DNA of 64,000 nt from Candidatus Velthaea sp. (GTDB lineage: Bacteria > Vulcanimicrobiota > Vulcanimicrobiia > Vulcanimicrobiales > Vulcanimicrobiaceae), in NCBI GenBank assembly GCA_965214935.1, contig CBDCCS010000018.1, forward strand, positions 288,001 through 352,000. The letters are read 5' to 3'. Shown here piece after piece: positions 19,528-30,395 of the stretch (the first letter of the stretch is position 1; each line of letters starts with the position of its first letter). A model generated the notes under the pieces. The model had not been told where the DNA came from. It ran no database searches and saw nothing but the letters and a program-made list of their open reading frames with translations. The translations under genes and the position numbers were made by a program.

Positions 19528-21525
19528 ATGATTTTGCCGTGCCGCATAGCCGGCGCGCTCGCCGGCGTCGCCGTTTGCACGGGCAGCGCCTGCGCCGCCC
19601 TGCCGTCGCCGGCACTGGTCCCCGCTCCGCTGCACATCACGATGCGCGCTTGCACCGGCGGCGGCTTGAATCTCGACCGGCCGTTGCGCTTTCCCCCGAC
19701 GATCGACGCGGCGGGCTTTGCGCTGATACGCGAACGTTGGAGTGCGCTCGGCATCACCGCGCCGGTTCGGTCCGTACGAACGAACGTCACGCTTGCACCG
19801 GCGCTGATGCAGCCGATTTTAGCGCTCGGGCGATACACGCTTACCGTCACGCAAAACGCGGTGCGCCTTGCAAGTACCGGACCGGATCTGACGTTCGATG
19901 CGCTCGCAACGTTGGCGCAACTGCCCGTGCGGCGAGGCGTGCGTTGGCAGCTGCCATGCACCGTCATCGACGACGGGCCGGCGTTGGCCTGGCGCATTGT
20001 TTCGGACGATATCTCGCGCGGACCGTTTCCGACCATGCACTATTTTAAAGAGCGCATCCGCACGTTGGCGGGGCTCAAAATTAACGGCTGGTCGCCGTAT
20101 ATGGAGCAAGTGTTCGCAGATCCGGCGCATCCGTACGTTGCCTTTCCCAATGTTTTAAGCGCGGCGCAATTCGCTGAACTGACGCGGTATGCGGATCGCT
20201 ACCATGTGACGGTGATCCCCGAGCAGCAAACCTTCGCGCACATGCATGAGACGCTGAAGTTCGAGCAGCTTGCAAATCTCGCGGAGTTGCCGCACGGCTA
20301 TCTCTTGGCGCCGGACGATCCGGCGACGTATGCGTACCTTGAACCGCTGCTGCGCGCCGAATCACGCGCGGCCGGACGTCCGCCGTTTTTCCATATCGGT
20401 GCCGATGAGCCGATCGATTTGGGACGCGGCCGTACGCCGCGTACCGCGCAGGTGTTCGCCGGTCACGTCGGGCGGCTCGCGGCGGTCGTTGCGGCCGGCG
20501 GAAGCCGCCCGATGATTTGGGATGACGCGGTGCAACAGACTCCGGCAATTCTGAGCCTGCTTCCCAAGCGAACCGTCATCGTCAGTTTTCATTACGGCAC
20601 GGATGCGTCGTTTCGCCGCTTTTTAGATCCGGTTGCGGCGGCGGGTTTCGATCAGATGGTTGCGCCGGGAGCCGCAAACTGGAACGAGATCTATCCTGAT
20701 CTCGCAACCGCGTATACCAATGCGGCGCAGTTCGTGAACGACGGTCGAGCAGCGCACGTCTTAGGGATGTTCGAGACCGTTTGGCATGACGACGGCGAGT
20801 CGCTATTCGAGGCAACGTGGCCGGCCGTTGCGTTTGCCGCGGCGAGCGCATGGCAACGCCGGCCGGTCGACCGGGCGACCTGGCACGCAACGTTCGCTCG
20901 CGCGTTTTTCGGCACCGACGACCCGGCGTGGGCGCGCGATCTCGATGCGTTGCAAACGATCCGCTCGGGCTTGCGCTCGTCGCCCGTTAGCGATCCGCCG
21001 GATTACTTGTTTTGGAGCGATCCGTTCGACGCGCGTATCGATGCGAGAATGACCGCGCTCGATCTGCCCGCGTTGCGAAACCAGGCCGAAGACGTCCTCA
21101 CGCATCTTGCTCGAAGTGCGCCGCCCTTGCATCGTGCCGCGGCGGAGGTAATGCGGCTCGCAGCCCTGCGTTACGACACCTTGGGCCGGCGGTTTGAGAT
21201 CGGCCGCGAAACGCGCGCTTATTACGCGGATGCGCGCTCGCACGTTGCCGCGCATGACGACGGTGCGGTCTATCGCGGGCTCAACGTCGCAAAGTACTTG
21301 TGCTGGGAATTGCGCGACGAGCTGACCGCCATCGCGCCGCTGTATGCGCGCGCGTGGCGCTACGAAAGTACGCCGGCGGGACTCGATCGCGTACTCGTGC
21401 GTTACGAGCTTGCGGCCGAACGCGCGGTTGCCGCCGCCGATGCGCTCAACCGGGCGGCGCGCGAAACGTATTTGCGTGAGCGCACGCTGCCGCCGTTCGA
21501 TGACGTCGTGGAAGCCGCGCATTGA
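19528..21525 (+). CDS. Secreted glycoside hydrolase family 20 (beta-N-acetylhexosaminidase-like)
   Basis: Signal peptide, DDGPALAWR..DISRG, IPEQQTFAH, catalytic FHIGADE, MIWDD. Confidence 0.9.
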   Translation: MILPCRIAGALAGVAVCTGSACAALPSPALVPAPLHITMRACTGGGLNLDRPLRFPPTIDAAGFALIRERWSALGITAPVRSVRTNVTLAPALMQPILALGRYTLTVTQNAVRLASTGPDLTFDALATLAQLPVRRGVRWQLPCTVIDDGPALAWRIVSDDISRGPFPTMHYFKERIRTLAGLKINGWSPYMEQVFADPAHPYVAFPNVLSAAQFAELTRYADRYHVTVIPEQQTFAHMHETLKFEQLANLAELPHGYLLAPDDPATYAYLEPLLRAESRAAGRPPFFHIGADEPIDLGRGRTPRTAQVFAGHVGRLAAVVAAGGSRPMIWDDAVQQTPAILSLLPKRTVIVSFHYGTDASFRRFLDPVAAAGFDQMVAPGAANWNEIYPDLATAYTNAAQFVNDGRAAHVLGMFETVWHDDGESLFEATWPAVAFAAASAWQRRPVDRATWHATFARAFFGTDDPAWARDLDALQTIRSGLRSSPVSDPPDYLFWSDPFDARIDARMTALDLPALRNQAEDVLTHLARSAPPLHRAAAEVMRLAALRYDTLGRRFEIGRETRAYYADARSHVAAHDDGAVYRGLNVAKYLCWELRDELTAIAPLYARAWRYESTPAGLDRVLVRYELAAERAVAAADALNRAARETYLRERTLPPFDDVVEAAH

Positions 21526-23486
21526 CCGGCATCGCGATCGTCGCTGTGTTTGTTCTGCTCGCGGGCTTGATGATCGCGCGCAAACTCCCGGCTTTACTTG
21601 CCGTTCCGGTCATGGCGCTGGCGATCGGCGCTATTGCCGGTGCCGGTCCGAGCGGCGTTGCCGAGATTTTCGCCAAAGGCGCGGTCTTGCTGGCGCCGAC
21701 GATTGCGACGCTTATCTTCGGCGCGCTGTTGAGCCGCGTGGTGTTGTCCACCGGCATCGCCGAAGCGATCGTCGCCTTTGCGGCCGAATTCGGCGGCGAT
21801 CGGCCGCTCGTGCTCGCGCTCGTGGTGTGCGCGGCAGTCGCCGTCTTATTTACCTCGGTGACCGGGCTCGGCGCGATCATCATGATCGGGACGATCGTGC
21901 TGCCGGTCATGCTGACGGTCGGCGTTCCGCGCGCGACCGCCGCCACGTTATTTTTGATGGCGTTCGCACTGGGCTACATATTTAATTTGGCGCAATGGAA
22001 ATTCTACGGCCAAATCTTCGGCGTCGAGCAGAGCGCGTTCGGTCCGTACGTCGCGGTGCTTGCAGCGATCGAAGGGATCGCGATCGTCGTCTTCGCCGCA
22101 GTGCGCTCGCGTACGAACCGCGACTATGCAACGTTTGCCGTTGCGGCGCCGCTGCCCGAGCGGCGCGTTCATCCGATTGCCCTCGTAACGCCGATTCTGC
22201 CGGTCATCATCTATAAGGGACTGGGCGTCGATGCGACGGTAGCCTTTGCCGTTGCCGCGCTCTTCGGCGTATGCGTCACACGTCCGCGTGCTGCCGTGCA
22301 GACGCTCATGGCAGCCTGGATTCGCGGCGTCGAAGACGTTGCACCGGCGATCGTTCTAATGATCGGTATCGGAATGTTGCTGTTCGCGGCCAAACTGCCG
22401 GCGGTCGCCGGAGCCGTTACGCCGCTCATCGCCGTCCTGGCGCCGCGTACGCCGCTGGCATATGTTGTCGTCTTCGGCTTACTCAGTCCGCTGGCGCTTT
22501 ATCGCGGTCCGCTCAACCTGTACGGCGTCGGCATCGGCGTTTTCACGGTGCTTGCGACGCTGCACGTCATCGCGCCCGTCGCGCTCGTGGCCGCGGTAAT
22601 GGCCGTCGTACAAGTTCAGAATGTCTGCGATCCGACCAATACGCAGAACGTTTGGGTTGCGAACTTTACCGGCGTCGGCGTCGATCGCATCATGCGCTTG
22701 ACGCTCCCGTATCAGGTCGCCGTTGCAACCGTCGCGGTGATCGCAGTCGTCGTCTTCGGCGGGCGGCTTTTTGCGCAGGCACCGTTCTCGCTCGCCAAAC
22801 CTGCCGGCGCCGCCGAACTGGGCGGACTTACCGCCCCGGATGCGGCCGCCGAAACCATTGCCGTGCTTCCCGCGAATGCGCAAGCCGCTGATGCCGCGAC
22901 CGAGATCGTGCACGCCATCGCGCATGGCTGGCGCGGGTATCGCGCAATCGTTACCGACGTCGATCCGGGTGCCGGTCCGTGCGACGCCAAACCCTACGCC
23001 GCCGTTACGCGAGTCTCGGTCGAGCGCAACGGTCCGGAACGGGATATCGGAATCGAATTACTTGATTGCGGCGGCTGGTCGGTCGATCAATGGCACGCGC
23101 AAGGTAACGATATCTCCCGCTTAACTCTCGATGTGCTCTTTCGCATGCGGTTGTGGATGCACGACCGGCCGGTGCTTGCCGCAAATGTTTTCGGGCGTGG
23201 CTTAGCATACGATCCGGCCGACGGTCCGACGTATTTCTACACGTTGTTCAAGCCGGCCGACGGTTATATGCGAGCGCTAGTCCGGCCGGGTGGTCCGGCG
23301 TACGTTGCCGGCCTGCGAACCGGCGACGTGATCGACAAACTCGATAGCCGTTACTGGTGGGAATACGGCACCTATCAAACCGAGCTGCGCGCGTACGACG
23401 GTAAGCCGCATGCATTCGACGTCGAGCGCGGCGGTATCGGCGGCCCGCTCGTGCATGTCGCGCTCGGAACGCCGTTTCGTGGCTGA
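21522..23486 (+). CDS. Secondary transporter (ion-transporter superfamily-like) fused to a C-terminal soluble region with a PDZ-like domain
   Basis: About 420 aa multi-TM region (LYRGPLN, CDPTNTQNVW), then a soluble region ending VRPGGPAYVAGLRTGDVI. Confidence 0.8.
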   Translation: MTGIAIVAVFVLLAGLMIARKLPALLAVPVMALAIGAIAGAGPSGVAEIFAKGAVLLAPTIATLIFGALLSRVVLSTGIAEAIVAFAAEFGGDRPLVLALVVCAAVAVLFTSVTGLGAIIMIGTIVLPVMLTVGVPRATAATLFLMAFALGYIFNLAQWKFYGQIFGVEQSAFGPYVAVLAAIEGIAIVVFAAVRSRTNRDYATFAVAAPLPERRVHPIALVTPILPVIIYKGLGVDATVAFAVAALFGVCVTRPRAAVQTLMAAWIRGVEDVAPAIVLMIGIGMLLFAAKLPAVAGAVTPLIAVLAPRTPLAYVVVFGLLSPLALYRGPLNLYGVGIGVFTVLATLHVIAPVALVAAVMAVVQVQNVCDPTNTQNVWVANFTGVGVDRIMRLTLPYQVAVATVAVIAVVVFGGRLFAQAPFSLAKPAGAAELGGLTAPDAAAETIAVLPANAQAADAATEIVHAIAHGWRGYRAIVTDVDPGAGPCDAKPYAAVTRVSVERNGPERDIGIELLDCGGWSVDQWHAQGNDISRLTLDVLFRMRLWMHDRPVLAANVFGRGLAYDPADGPTYFYTLFKPADGYMRALVRPGGPAYVAGLRTGDVIDKLDSRYWWEYGTYQTELRAYDGKPHAFDVERGGIGGPLVHVALGTPFRG

Positions 23487-23525
23487 GCGCCGCCGCCGTC
23501 AAGCCGGCATCGCGTAGCTGCCCGC

Positions 23526-24866
23526 ATGCGCGTCGCCGACGTTTTCAAAATCGGAATCGGTCCTTCGAGTTCGCACACTGTCGGACCGATGCGCGCCGCC
23601 CGGCAATTCTTGCTTTCGTTAGGCGACCGGCTCGCCGACGTCGTGCGCGTCGAGATCCGGCTGTACGGCTCGCTGGCGCTGACCGGACGCGGACACGCCA
23701 CCGATCGCGCACTCGTACTCGGCCTTGCGGGTTATCGTCCCGACACGGTTCCGCCCGGCATCGTCATTGCGCTGCCGGACGCCGTCCGCGCCGCCTGCCG
23801 AATCGAATTGCTTGGCCGGCGCGCTATCGCGTTCGCGCCGCAGCGCGACATCGTATTCTGTCCGGATGCTTTGCTTCCTCAGCACTCGAACGGGATGCGC
23901 TTTTCCGCTTTCGACGCGTTCGGCGTCCTCCACGCAAGCGAGTATTTTTCCATCGGCGGCGGGAGCGTCGAAGGCCCGGGGTTTACCGCTGCTAGCGCGG
24001 CAGAATCGACTCCGTTTCCGTTTGAATCGGCGGCCGCATTGTTGGCCCTCGCGGATGCGCGGCGCCGGACGCTTTGGCAGATCGTCGAGGCGAACGAGAT
24101 TGCGCTTGCGCCTCTACCTGTCTTGAACGCCTACCTCGCCGACGTTTGGCGTACCATGCAAGAAAGTGCGGCGAGCGGTTTGCAGACCGAGGGCATCCTG
24201 CCGGGTGGGCTCAACGTGCGCCGGCGTGCTCCGCGATTATATGCAAGGCATCGCGCGGCGGCGCATGCCGACGGTTTGGCCGCGATGGACTACGTCAACG
24301 TCGTTGCAATTGCCGTGAACGAAGAAAATGCAGCGGGCGGACGGGTCGTCACCGCGCCGACGAACGGAGCGGCAGGCCTGTTACCGGCCGTCCTGCACTA
24401 TTATCGCGACTACGTTACGGGTGCATCGGAGACCGGAATCCGCGCGTTTCTTTTGACCGCAGCGGCGATCGGCATGCTTTACAAACGCAACGCGTCGATT
24501 TCGGGCGCCGAAGTCGGTTGTCAAGGCGAAGTCGGCGTCGCCTGCTCGATGGCGGCCGGCGGACTCGTGGCGGCGATGAACGGCAGCAACGAGCAAGTCG
24601 AACATGCCGCGGAGATTGCGATGGAGCACAATCTCGGTATGACGTGCGATCCGATCGGCGGGCTGGTACAAATACCGTGCATCGAACGGAACGCGATCGG
24701 AGCGGTTAAGGCGATCAACGCCGCCCGCCTGGCGTTCAACAACGAGGAACATAAAGTTTCGCTCGATGCCGTCATCGACGTCATGTACCGGACCGGCTTA
24801 GACATGCAATCGAAATACAAAGAAACGTCACTGGGCGGTCTAGCCGTCGGCGTCGTCGAATGTTGA
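23526..24866 (+). CDS. sdaA: L-serine ammonia-lyase, Fe-S dependent
   Basis: [50 protein letters not shown]. Confidence 0.97.
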   Translation: MRVADVFKIGIGPSSSHTVGPMRAARQFLLSLGDRLADVVRVEIRLYGSLALTGRGHATDRALVLGLAGYRPDTVPPGIVIALPDAVRAACRIELLGRRAIAFAPQRDIVFCPDALLPQHSNGMRFSAFDAFGVLHASEYFSIGGGSVEGPGFTAASAAESTPFPFESAAALLALADARRRTLWQIVEANEIALAPLPVLNAYLADVWRTMQESAASGLQTEGILPGGLNVRRRAPRLYARHRAAAHADGLAAMDYVNVVAIAVNEENAAGGRVVTAPTNGAAGLLPAVLHYYRDYVTGASETGIRAFLLTAAAIGMLYKRNASISGAEVGCQGEVGVACSMAAGGLVAAMNGSNEQVEHAAEIAMEHNLGMTCDPIGGLVQIPCIERNAIGAVKAINAARLAFNNEEHKVSLDAVIDVMYRTGLDMQSKYKETSLGGLAVGVVEC

Positions 24867-25063
24867 GCGAAGCGCGCAATGAGGCCCGTCGCGATCGCTC
24901 GCATGGCACCGTTGGAAGTAACGTGCAGCGCCGCCTTGCGTTGCTTGATCTGCGCTCGCGCGGCGGTCGTCGATGCCGCTGATGCTCGAAGATTTGTAGC
25001 GATTCGGACGGCCGCTCAGAGTGTCATGGCGTTGGCACAAGATGGGCGTATAAAGAAACAACT

Positions 25064-25897
25064 GTGAACGTTGCACCGCTGCAAAAGCAAGACTTTTGGC
25101 TTTTCCTTCATGACTTGATCTTTAATATTCCGGCGCCGGTGTTAAGCGTCGTCGAGTATGCCGTTGCATTGCTCGTCGTCGTCGGATTCATCGGCTGCGC
25201 AGCGCGTATTTGGCGCGGTGACCGGTTCGAGTTCGGTCCAGTGAGAATCGAGCGTGCGAAGATCGTCGACGACCTGCAAACGGCGCTGCGCGATATGAGC
25301 CGCGACGACAAACTCAAAGGCAACGTTTTGTGGCTGGTGCGCGATCGCTTGAATGAAGCCAAGCGCATCGTGCGCGACGGCGTCGACGACGGCGCGGTGA
25401 AGTCGTGGTGCGGCGAAGTGCTCGTCGATGTCGCAACCGCGATGAGTCGCGGCGGTCACGATCGGCATCGCGCATCGCTGTGGATTTGCGGCGCGGGCGG
25501 TTTGCGCATGTACAACGGCAATGGGTTCCGTCAAGAAGCAGTAGAGCGTGCGACGCTGCCGCTGGAATCGATCGCCGGCAACGTGTTCGTAACCGGAACG
25601 AGCTACAATTCGATCGCCGTCGACGCCGACCGCGCCTTTTTTCCAAAGCCGCGTTCGGGCCGGGCGTATCAGTCGCTGCTATCGGTACCGGTAAAAGCTT
25701 GCTCGGGGAAAACGATTGCAATCTTGTGTGTCGACGCCGAAGCACGCGGCTATTTCGATCGCGACGACGAGTTCTTCGCCGGCTGTTTTGCCGATCTGAT
25801 CGCGTTGCTCGTCGCGCAAATTATCGTTGAGAACGGCACGCCGCACGAGCCTTCGTGCAACCGCAACGGGGAGAGCGTTTGTGAAGTCGCCGGATAA
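25064..25897 (+). CDS. Membrane-anchored GAF-domain protein
   Basis: One TM, a helical linker, GAF-like SIAGNVFVTG and YQSLLSVPV..AILCVD..FDRDD. Confidence 0.75.
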   Translation: MNVAPLQKQDFWLFLHDLIFNIPAPVLSVVEYAVALLVVVGFIGCAARIWRGDRFEFGPVRIERAKIVDDLQTALRDMSRDDKLKGNVLWLVRDRLNEAKRIVRDGVDDGAVKSWCGEVLVDVATAMSRGGHDRHRASLWICGAGGLRMYNGNGFRQEAVERATLPLESIAGNVFVTGTSYNSIAVDADRAFFPKPRSGRAYQSLLSVPVKACSGKTIAILCVDAEARGYFDRDDEFFAGCFADLIALLVAQIIVENGTPHEPSCNRNGESVCEVAG

Positions 25898-26096
25898 CCC
25901 GGACGTGCATCCGGCGGAATGCAAAACCGTTACCGATTGGGAGGCGGTTTGTCGCCGCCTGGCCGATTTACGCCGCCGTACCGACGGTAACGCGCGTTGC
26001 CGGGCGATCCTTGCGCGGCTCAAGTATCTGCCGCATCCTCGCGCGGCCCTGCCGACCTGGAATCGCGCGAAACCTTCGCGAACGAAACATCCATGA
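25881..26096 (+). CDS. Small basic hypothetical protein, 71 aa
   Basis: GGGGAG before GTG 25881; the stop overlaps the next ATG (ATGA). Confidence 0.5.
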   Translation: MKSPDNPDVHPAECKTVTDWEAVCRRLADLRRRTDGNARCRAILARLKYLPHPRAALPTWNRAKPSRTKHP

Positions 26097-27481
26097 TTGC
26101 GCCGTCGACCGTTACGCTCATCGATTACGTTCGCCGTAACCGCGAGCGGTACGTGAACGAACTTAAAGCATGGATCGCCAATCCGTCGATCTCCGCCGAT
26201 CCCACGCGCCATGCCGACGTTCGCAGGTCGGCCGAAGCGGTCGTTGCACGGATGCGCGCCGCCGGTTTGACCGAGGCGCACGTGCTTGAAACCGCCGGCT
26301 TACCCGTTGCTTACGGCTCGTGGCTCCATGCGCCGGGCGCGCCGACGATTCTCATCTACGGTCATCATGATGTGCAGCCCGCCGACCCGTTCGAGCTTTG
26401 GACGACGCCGCCGTTTGAAGGCACCGTTCGGGACGGTAAGATTTTCGGACGCGGCTCGGTCGACGATAAAGGCCAAGTGCTTATGCATCTCGCCGCCCTC
26501 GAAGCGCACTTGCAGTCGAACGGCGCGCTGCCGCTCAACGTCAAGCTCGTCATCGAAGGTGAAGAAGAAATCGGTTCGCCGAACTTCGAGGCGTTTCTCG
26601 ACGCGAACCGCGAACGGTTGCAGTGCGACGTCGCGGTCATATCCGATACGGCGGTCTTCGCCGAAGGCGTTCCGTCTTTGACCGTCTCGTTACGAGGTCT
26701 CGTGCATTGGCAAGTGACGGTGCATGGACCATCGAGCGATCTGCACTCCGGTTACTACGGCGGTGTCGTGAAGAACCCGCTGGAGGCACTCGCGCAACTG
26801 TTAGCCGCACTCAAAGATGCCGACGGTCGGGTGACCGTACCGGGCTTTTACGACGGCGTGCGCGAGTCGACATCCGCCGAACGTGCAGAGATTGCCGCAT
26901 TACCCTTCGATGAGGCCAAAGAAGCCGCATTACTGGGCGTCGGCGAACTTTGCGGTGAGGCCGGACGTCTGCCGCTCGAACGGATGTGGATGCGTCCGAC
27001 GCTTGAGATCAACGGGATGTACGGCGGATATCAAGGTCCCGGCAGCAAGACGATCGTGCCGAGTTTTGCTACAGCGAAGCTCTCGGCGCGTCTTGTGCCG
27101 AATCAAGATCCCGCGGCCGTGAAGCATGCCGTGCAAACGCATCTCGAACGGCACGTGCCGCGCGGCGTGCGCGTTGACGTTCGATCCGACGGCGACGTGC
27201 GCGCGGTTGAAACGTCACGCAGTCATCCGGCCGTAATGGCGGCCGCGCGTGCGATGGAGCGCGGTTTCGGCAAATCGCCGGTGTTTATCGGGACCGGCGG
27301 TACGATCGGTCCGGTCTCCTCGTTCGATCGCATCCTGCACTTACCGCAAGTGCTCGTCGGCGTCGGCTTACCCGACGATGCGATTCACGCACCGAATGAA
27401 AAGTTCGATCTCAATCAGTTCTATTGCGGCATCGAAACGATGACATATCTGTACGACGAGCTCGCCGCGGCATTAGCCTGA
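26093..27481 (+). CDS. M20 family dipeptidase/deacylase
   Basis: YGHHDVQP, GRGSVDDKG, EGEEEIGS, DLHSG, HAPNE. Confidence 0.95.
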   Translation: MIAPSTVTLIDYVRRNRERYVNELKAWIANPSISADPTRHADVRRSAEAVVARMRAAGLTEAHVLETAGLPVAYGSWLHAPGAPTILIYGHHDVQPADPFELWTTPPFEGTVRDGKIFGRGSVDDKGQVLMHLAALEAHLQSNGALPLNVKLVIEGEEEIGSPNFEAFLDANRERLQCDVAVISDTAVFAEGVPSLTVSLRGLVHWQVTVHGPSSDLHSGYYGGVVKNPLEALAQLLAALKDADGRVTVPGFYDGVRESTSAERAEIAALPFDEAKEAALLGVGELCGEAGRLPLERMWMRPTLEINGMYGGYQGPGSKTIVPSFATAKLSARLVPNQDPAAVKHAVQTHLERHVPRGVRVDVRSDGDVRAVETSRSHPAVMAAARAMERGFGKSPVFIGTGGTIGPVSSFDRILHLPQVLVGVGLPDDAIHAPNEKFDLNQFYCGIETMTYLYDELAAALA

Positions 27482-27497
27482 CCGGCGATTCTTCCGG

Positions 27498-29582
27498 TTG
27501 GGCAGTCGAACGCTGAAGCGGCCGGTTCGCATCGGTATCGACGTCGGCGGAACGTTCACCGACGTCGTTGCCGTCGATGCAATGAGTCGAACGCTTCTTG
27601 CATCGGTTAAAGTCCCGACGACGCACGACCATATCGACGGCGTCGCCGCGGGCATCGTCCTGGGTCTCGAGCGGTTGCTGCGCGAGCACGAGATCGATCC
27701 GGCGACTGTTACGTTCATCGCCCACTCGACGACGCAAGCCACGAACGCATTGCTCGAGGGCGATTTAGCGCGGGTCGGCGTCGTGCGAATCGGCAACGCG
27801 TTCGCCCGCTGGTCGATGCACTTTGCACCGATCTCGCTGGGCAACGCCGGCCGCTTTGCACCGGACTTTTACGATGTTACCGATCGGGCGAGCGATCGCG
27901 CGGTGCTTCTCGCACGCATGACCGCCGACCGCATTGAAGCGGTCGCCGTGTCGGCGGCGTTTTCCGTCGACCGGCCGGCCGGCGAAATGACGGTCGTATC
28001 GGCGGCGCGCGCGGCCGGAATTGCCGCCACGTCGGGCGCCGAAGTCTCGACCATGTATGGGCTGCGGGCCCGCACGCGGACCGCGGCGATCAATGCAGCA
28101 ATTTTGCCGCGCATGCTACAAACGTCGCGCGTTACCAAGATCGCCGTCGAAGCGTCGCACATACCCGCGCCGCTGATGATCATGCGCAGCGACGGCGGCG
28201 TGATGGACGTCGGTGAAGTCGAGCGACGGCCGATTCTGACGCTGCTTTCGGGACCGGCCGCCGGCATTGCCGGAGCGCTATTCGCCGAAAACGTCAGCGA
28301 TGGTATCTTCATTGAGATCGGCGGAACGAGTGCCGATTGTTCGGTCATCAAGCGCGGCCAGCCGCAATTGCGTCCGGCGCGGATCGGCGGCTATCGGACC
28401 CTGTTGCGAACGCTCGACGTGCGTACGCTGGCCATCGCCGGCGGGTCGCTCGTTCGGATTGAAAACGGTACAATCGCCGATGTCGGTCCGCGTTCGGCGC
28501 ATATCGCCGGGATGCGCTACGCTGCGTTCAGCGATGCTTCGGCGATCGCCGCAGCGGACGTGGTGTTCGATGACGGAGTTGCGTCGCTGCGGGCTGCCGA
28601 TGGCACGCGAATCGCAATCACGCCGACCTGCGCGGCGAATGCGCTGGACCTTGTACCGCAATCCGCCTTTGCGCACGGGGACGGCGCGGCGGCGCGGGTC
28701 GCCTTCGCCCGCATCGCCGTTGCGCTGCGAAGCAACGGTGATTCGCTGGCGCACGACGTTTTGAACCGCGCTACGGAAAAGCTGCGCGTCGCGATCGCCG
28801 AACTGATTGCCGATTATGGTCTCGATCCCGCGCACGTAACGATTGTCGGCGGCGGCGGCGGAGCTGCGGCCCTTATACCGTATGCAGCGAAGCGGCTTGG
28901 ATTCGCCGCGCGCCTCGCTCGCCACGCAGAAGTCATATCGCCTCTGGGCGTCGCGCTGGCCCTTGTCCGCGACGTCGTCGAGCGCACGATCGTCGACCCG
29001 ACGCCGAACGATCTGCTGCGCGTCCGGCGGGAAGCGATTGACGCTGCGCTTGCGGCCGGCGCCGCGCTCGACGGTATCGAAGTCACCGTCGACATCGATC
29101 GCTCGCGCAATAGCGTGCGCGCTACGGCGTCCGGCGCCGCTGCACTCGTCGAGCCGGGCGAAGCCGGCAGCACGGTCGATGAGACCGATCGTCGCCGAAT
29201 AGCGGAGCGCTACTTGCGCGCGGAACCCGAGCGTGAACCCGTGCTTGCCGGAACGTTTGCGCTCTATAGCTCCGTGCAACCGCCGGCGGTATGCATCATC
29301 GACGAGCGTGGCGTCGTGCGCGCCGTCCTGCCGAACGCATCCGTCTTGCCCGCCACTGCGGCGAATCTCACGGCAATCTTGACCGCGGCGTTCGAGCGTT
29401 TTACCCGGTTCGGCGATGTCGGCCGCGCCTTACCGGACGTGCGGCTGGTATACGGACGCCGGATCGCCGATCTTGGCGGCGTAACGCACGCGGATGCCGC
29501 GCTTGCGCTGGCTCGAGACGAAATCGCCGGCTGCGATCCGTCTTCCGTCATTGCCGTGGTCGCCGCACCGCGCAGCGCATAG
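27498..29582 (+). CDS. Hydantoinase/oxoprolinase A-like ATP-binding protein
   Basis: RIGIDVGGTFTD, HSTTQATNALLE, RTRTAAINA, MRSDGG, LLSGPAAG, EIGGTS. Confidence 0.9.
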   Translation: MGSRTLKRPVRIGIDVGGTFTDVVAVDAMSRTLLASVKVPTTHDHIDGVAAGIVLGLERLLREHEIDPATVTFIAHSTTQATNALLEGDLARVGVVRIGNAFARWSMHFAPISLGNAGRFAPDFYDVTDRASDRAVLLARMTADRIEAVAVSAAFSVDRPAGEMTVVSAARAAGIAATSGAEVSTMYGLRARTRTAAINAAILPRMLQTSRVTKIAVEASHIPAPLMIMRSDGGVMDVGEVERRPILTLLSGPAAGIAGALFAENVSDGIFIEIGGTSADCSVIKRGQPQLRPARIGGYRTLLRTLDVRTLAIAGGSLVRIENGTIADVGPRSAHIAGMRYAAFSDASAIAAADVVFDDGVASLRAADGTRIAITPTCAANALDLVPQSAFAHGDGAAARVAFARIAVALRSNGDSLAHDVLNRATEKLRVAIAELIADYGLDPAHVTIVGGGGGAAALIPYAAKRLGFAARLARHAEVISPLGVALALVRDVVERTIVDPTPNDLLRVRREAIDAALAAGAALDGIEVTVDIDRSRNSVRATASGAAALVEPGEAGSTVDETDRRRIAERYLRAEPEREPVLAGTFALYSSVQPPAVCIIDERGVVRAVLPNASVLPATAANLTAILTAAFERFTRFGDVGRALPDVRLVYGRRIADLGGVTHADAALALARDEIAGCDPSSVIAVVAAPRSA

Positions 29583-29640
29583 CGCTTTGCGAAACGCCGG
29601 CCGGCCGAACCACACGCACGACGATTGCGTTAGCGGCGAT

Positions 29641-30395
29641 ATGGCATTAGATTCGTAGGTTACCCGGGGTCGTTCGGGCTTACGGATAAGGCCGCTGTGT
29701 TTGGGCGGGATGACGTTCGGCGACGATCTTGGTTGGGCGCGTGGACGACGTCGTTGCAGCCGGAAAAGTTCGTTACATCGGTTTTTCGGAGGCGCCCGCT
29801 CGGAAGGTCGCGCAGGCGCAGATCGTCGCGCATTTCCGCGGCCGGGTGCCGTTGGTCGCGCTGCAAAGCGAATACTCGCTCATGGAACGGACGGCGGAGG
29901 GCGAACTCATCCCGATGGCCGAGGAACTCGGCATTGGTGGACTGCCTTGGAGTCCGCTCAAGATGGGTGCGCTGTCGGGTAAATACACGCGTGCAAACGG
30001 CGCGACGATGCAGGGTCATCGCGGCACGTTCGTCGGTAAGTTCAGCGAAAAACAATTTGATATTATCGACGCGCTCAACGCGGTTGCCGAACAGCTGGGC
30101 ACCGATGGCGCGACGGTCGCATTAGCTTGGGCGCGCAGCCGGCCGGCGGTAACGTCGACCGTTATCGGCGCACGAACGCTGCAGCATCTCGAAGCCAATC
30201 TGGCATCGCTCGACGTTACCTTGACGTCCGAACAAATCGCGAGCTTAGATGCCGTGTCCAAGCCGGTCTTAAATTCCCCGGCCGAATTCGATGCAAACAT
30301 TTCACCCAATTTCACACACGCCGGCGCTACCGTAAACGGCATTGCAAGCAAACGTACGGGTAAGGTTCCAACGGCAAATATGGTGCGCTGGTACG
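29641..30395 (+). pseudogene. Aldo/keto reductase pseudogene
   Basis: MALDS*VTRGRSGLRIRPLCLGGMTFGDDLGW has a stop at codon 6. A frame change then joins directly to DDVVAAGKVRYIGFS, so the catalytic region is deleted. QSEYSL and PWSPL are retained. Confidence 0.88.

Noticed and set aside
19132..20036. Apparent 900-nt antiparallel overlap of the binding-protein and GH20 ORFs
   Set aside because: Signal peptides place the real starts at 19394 (-) and 19528 (+), giving an ordinary divergent pair
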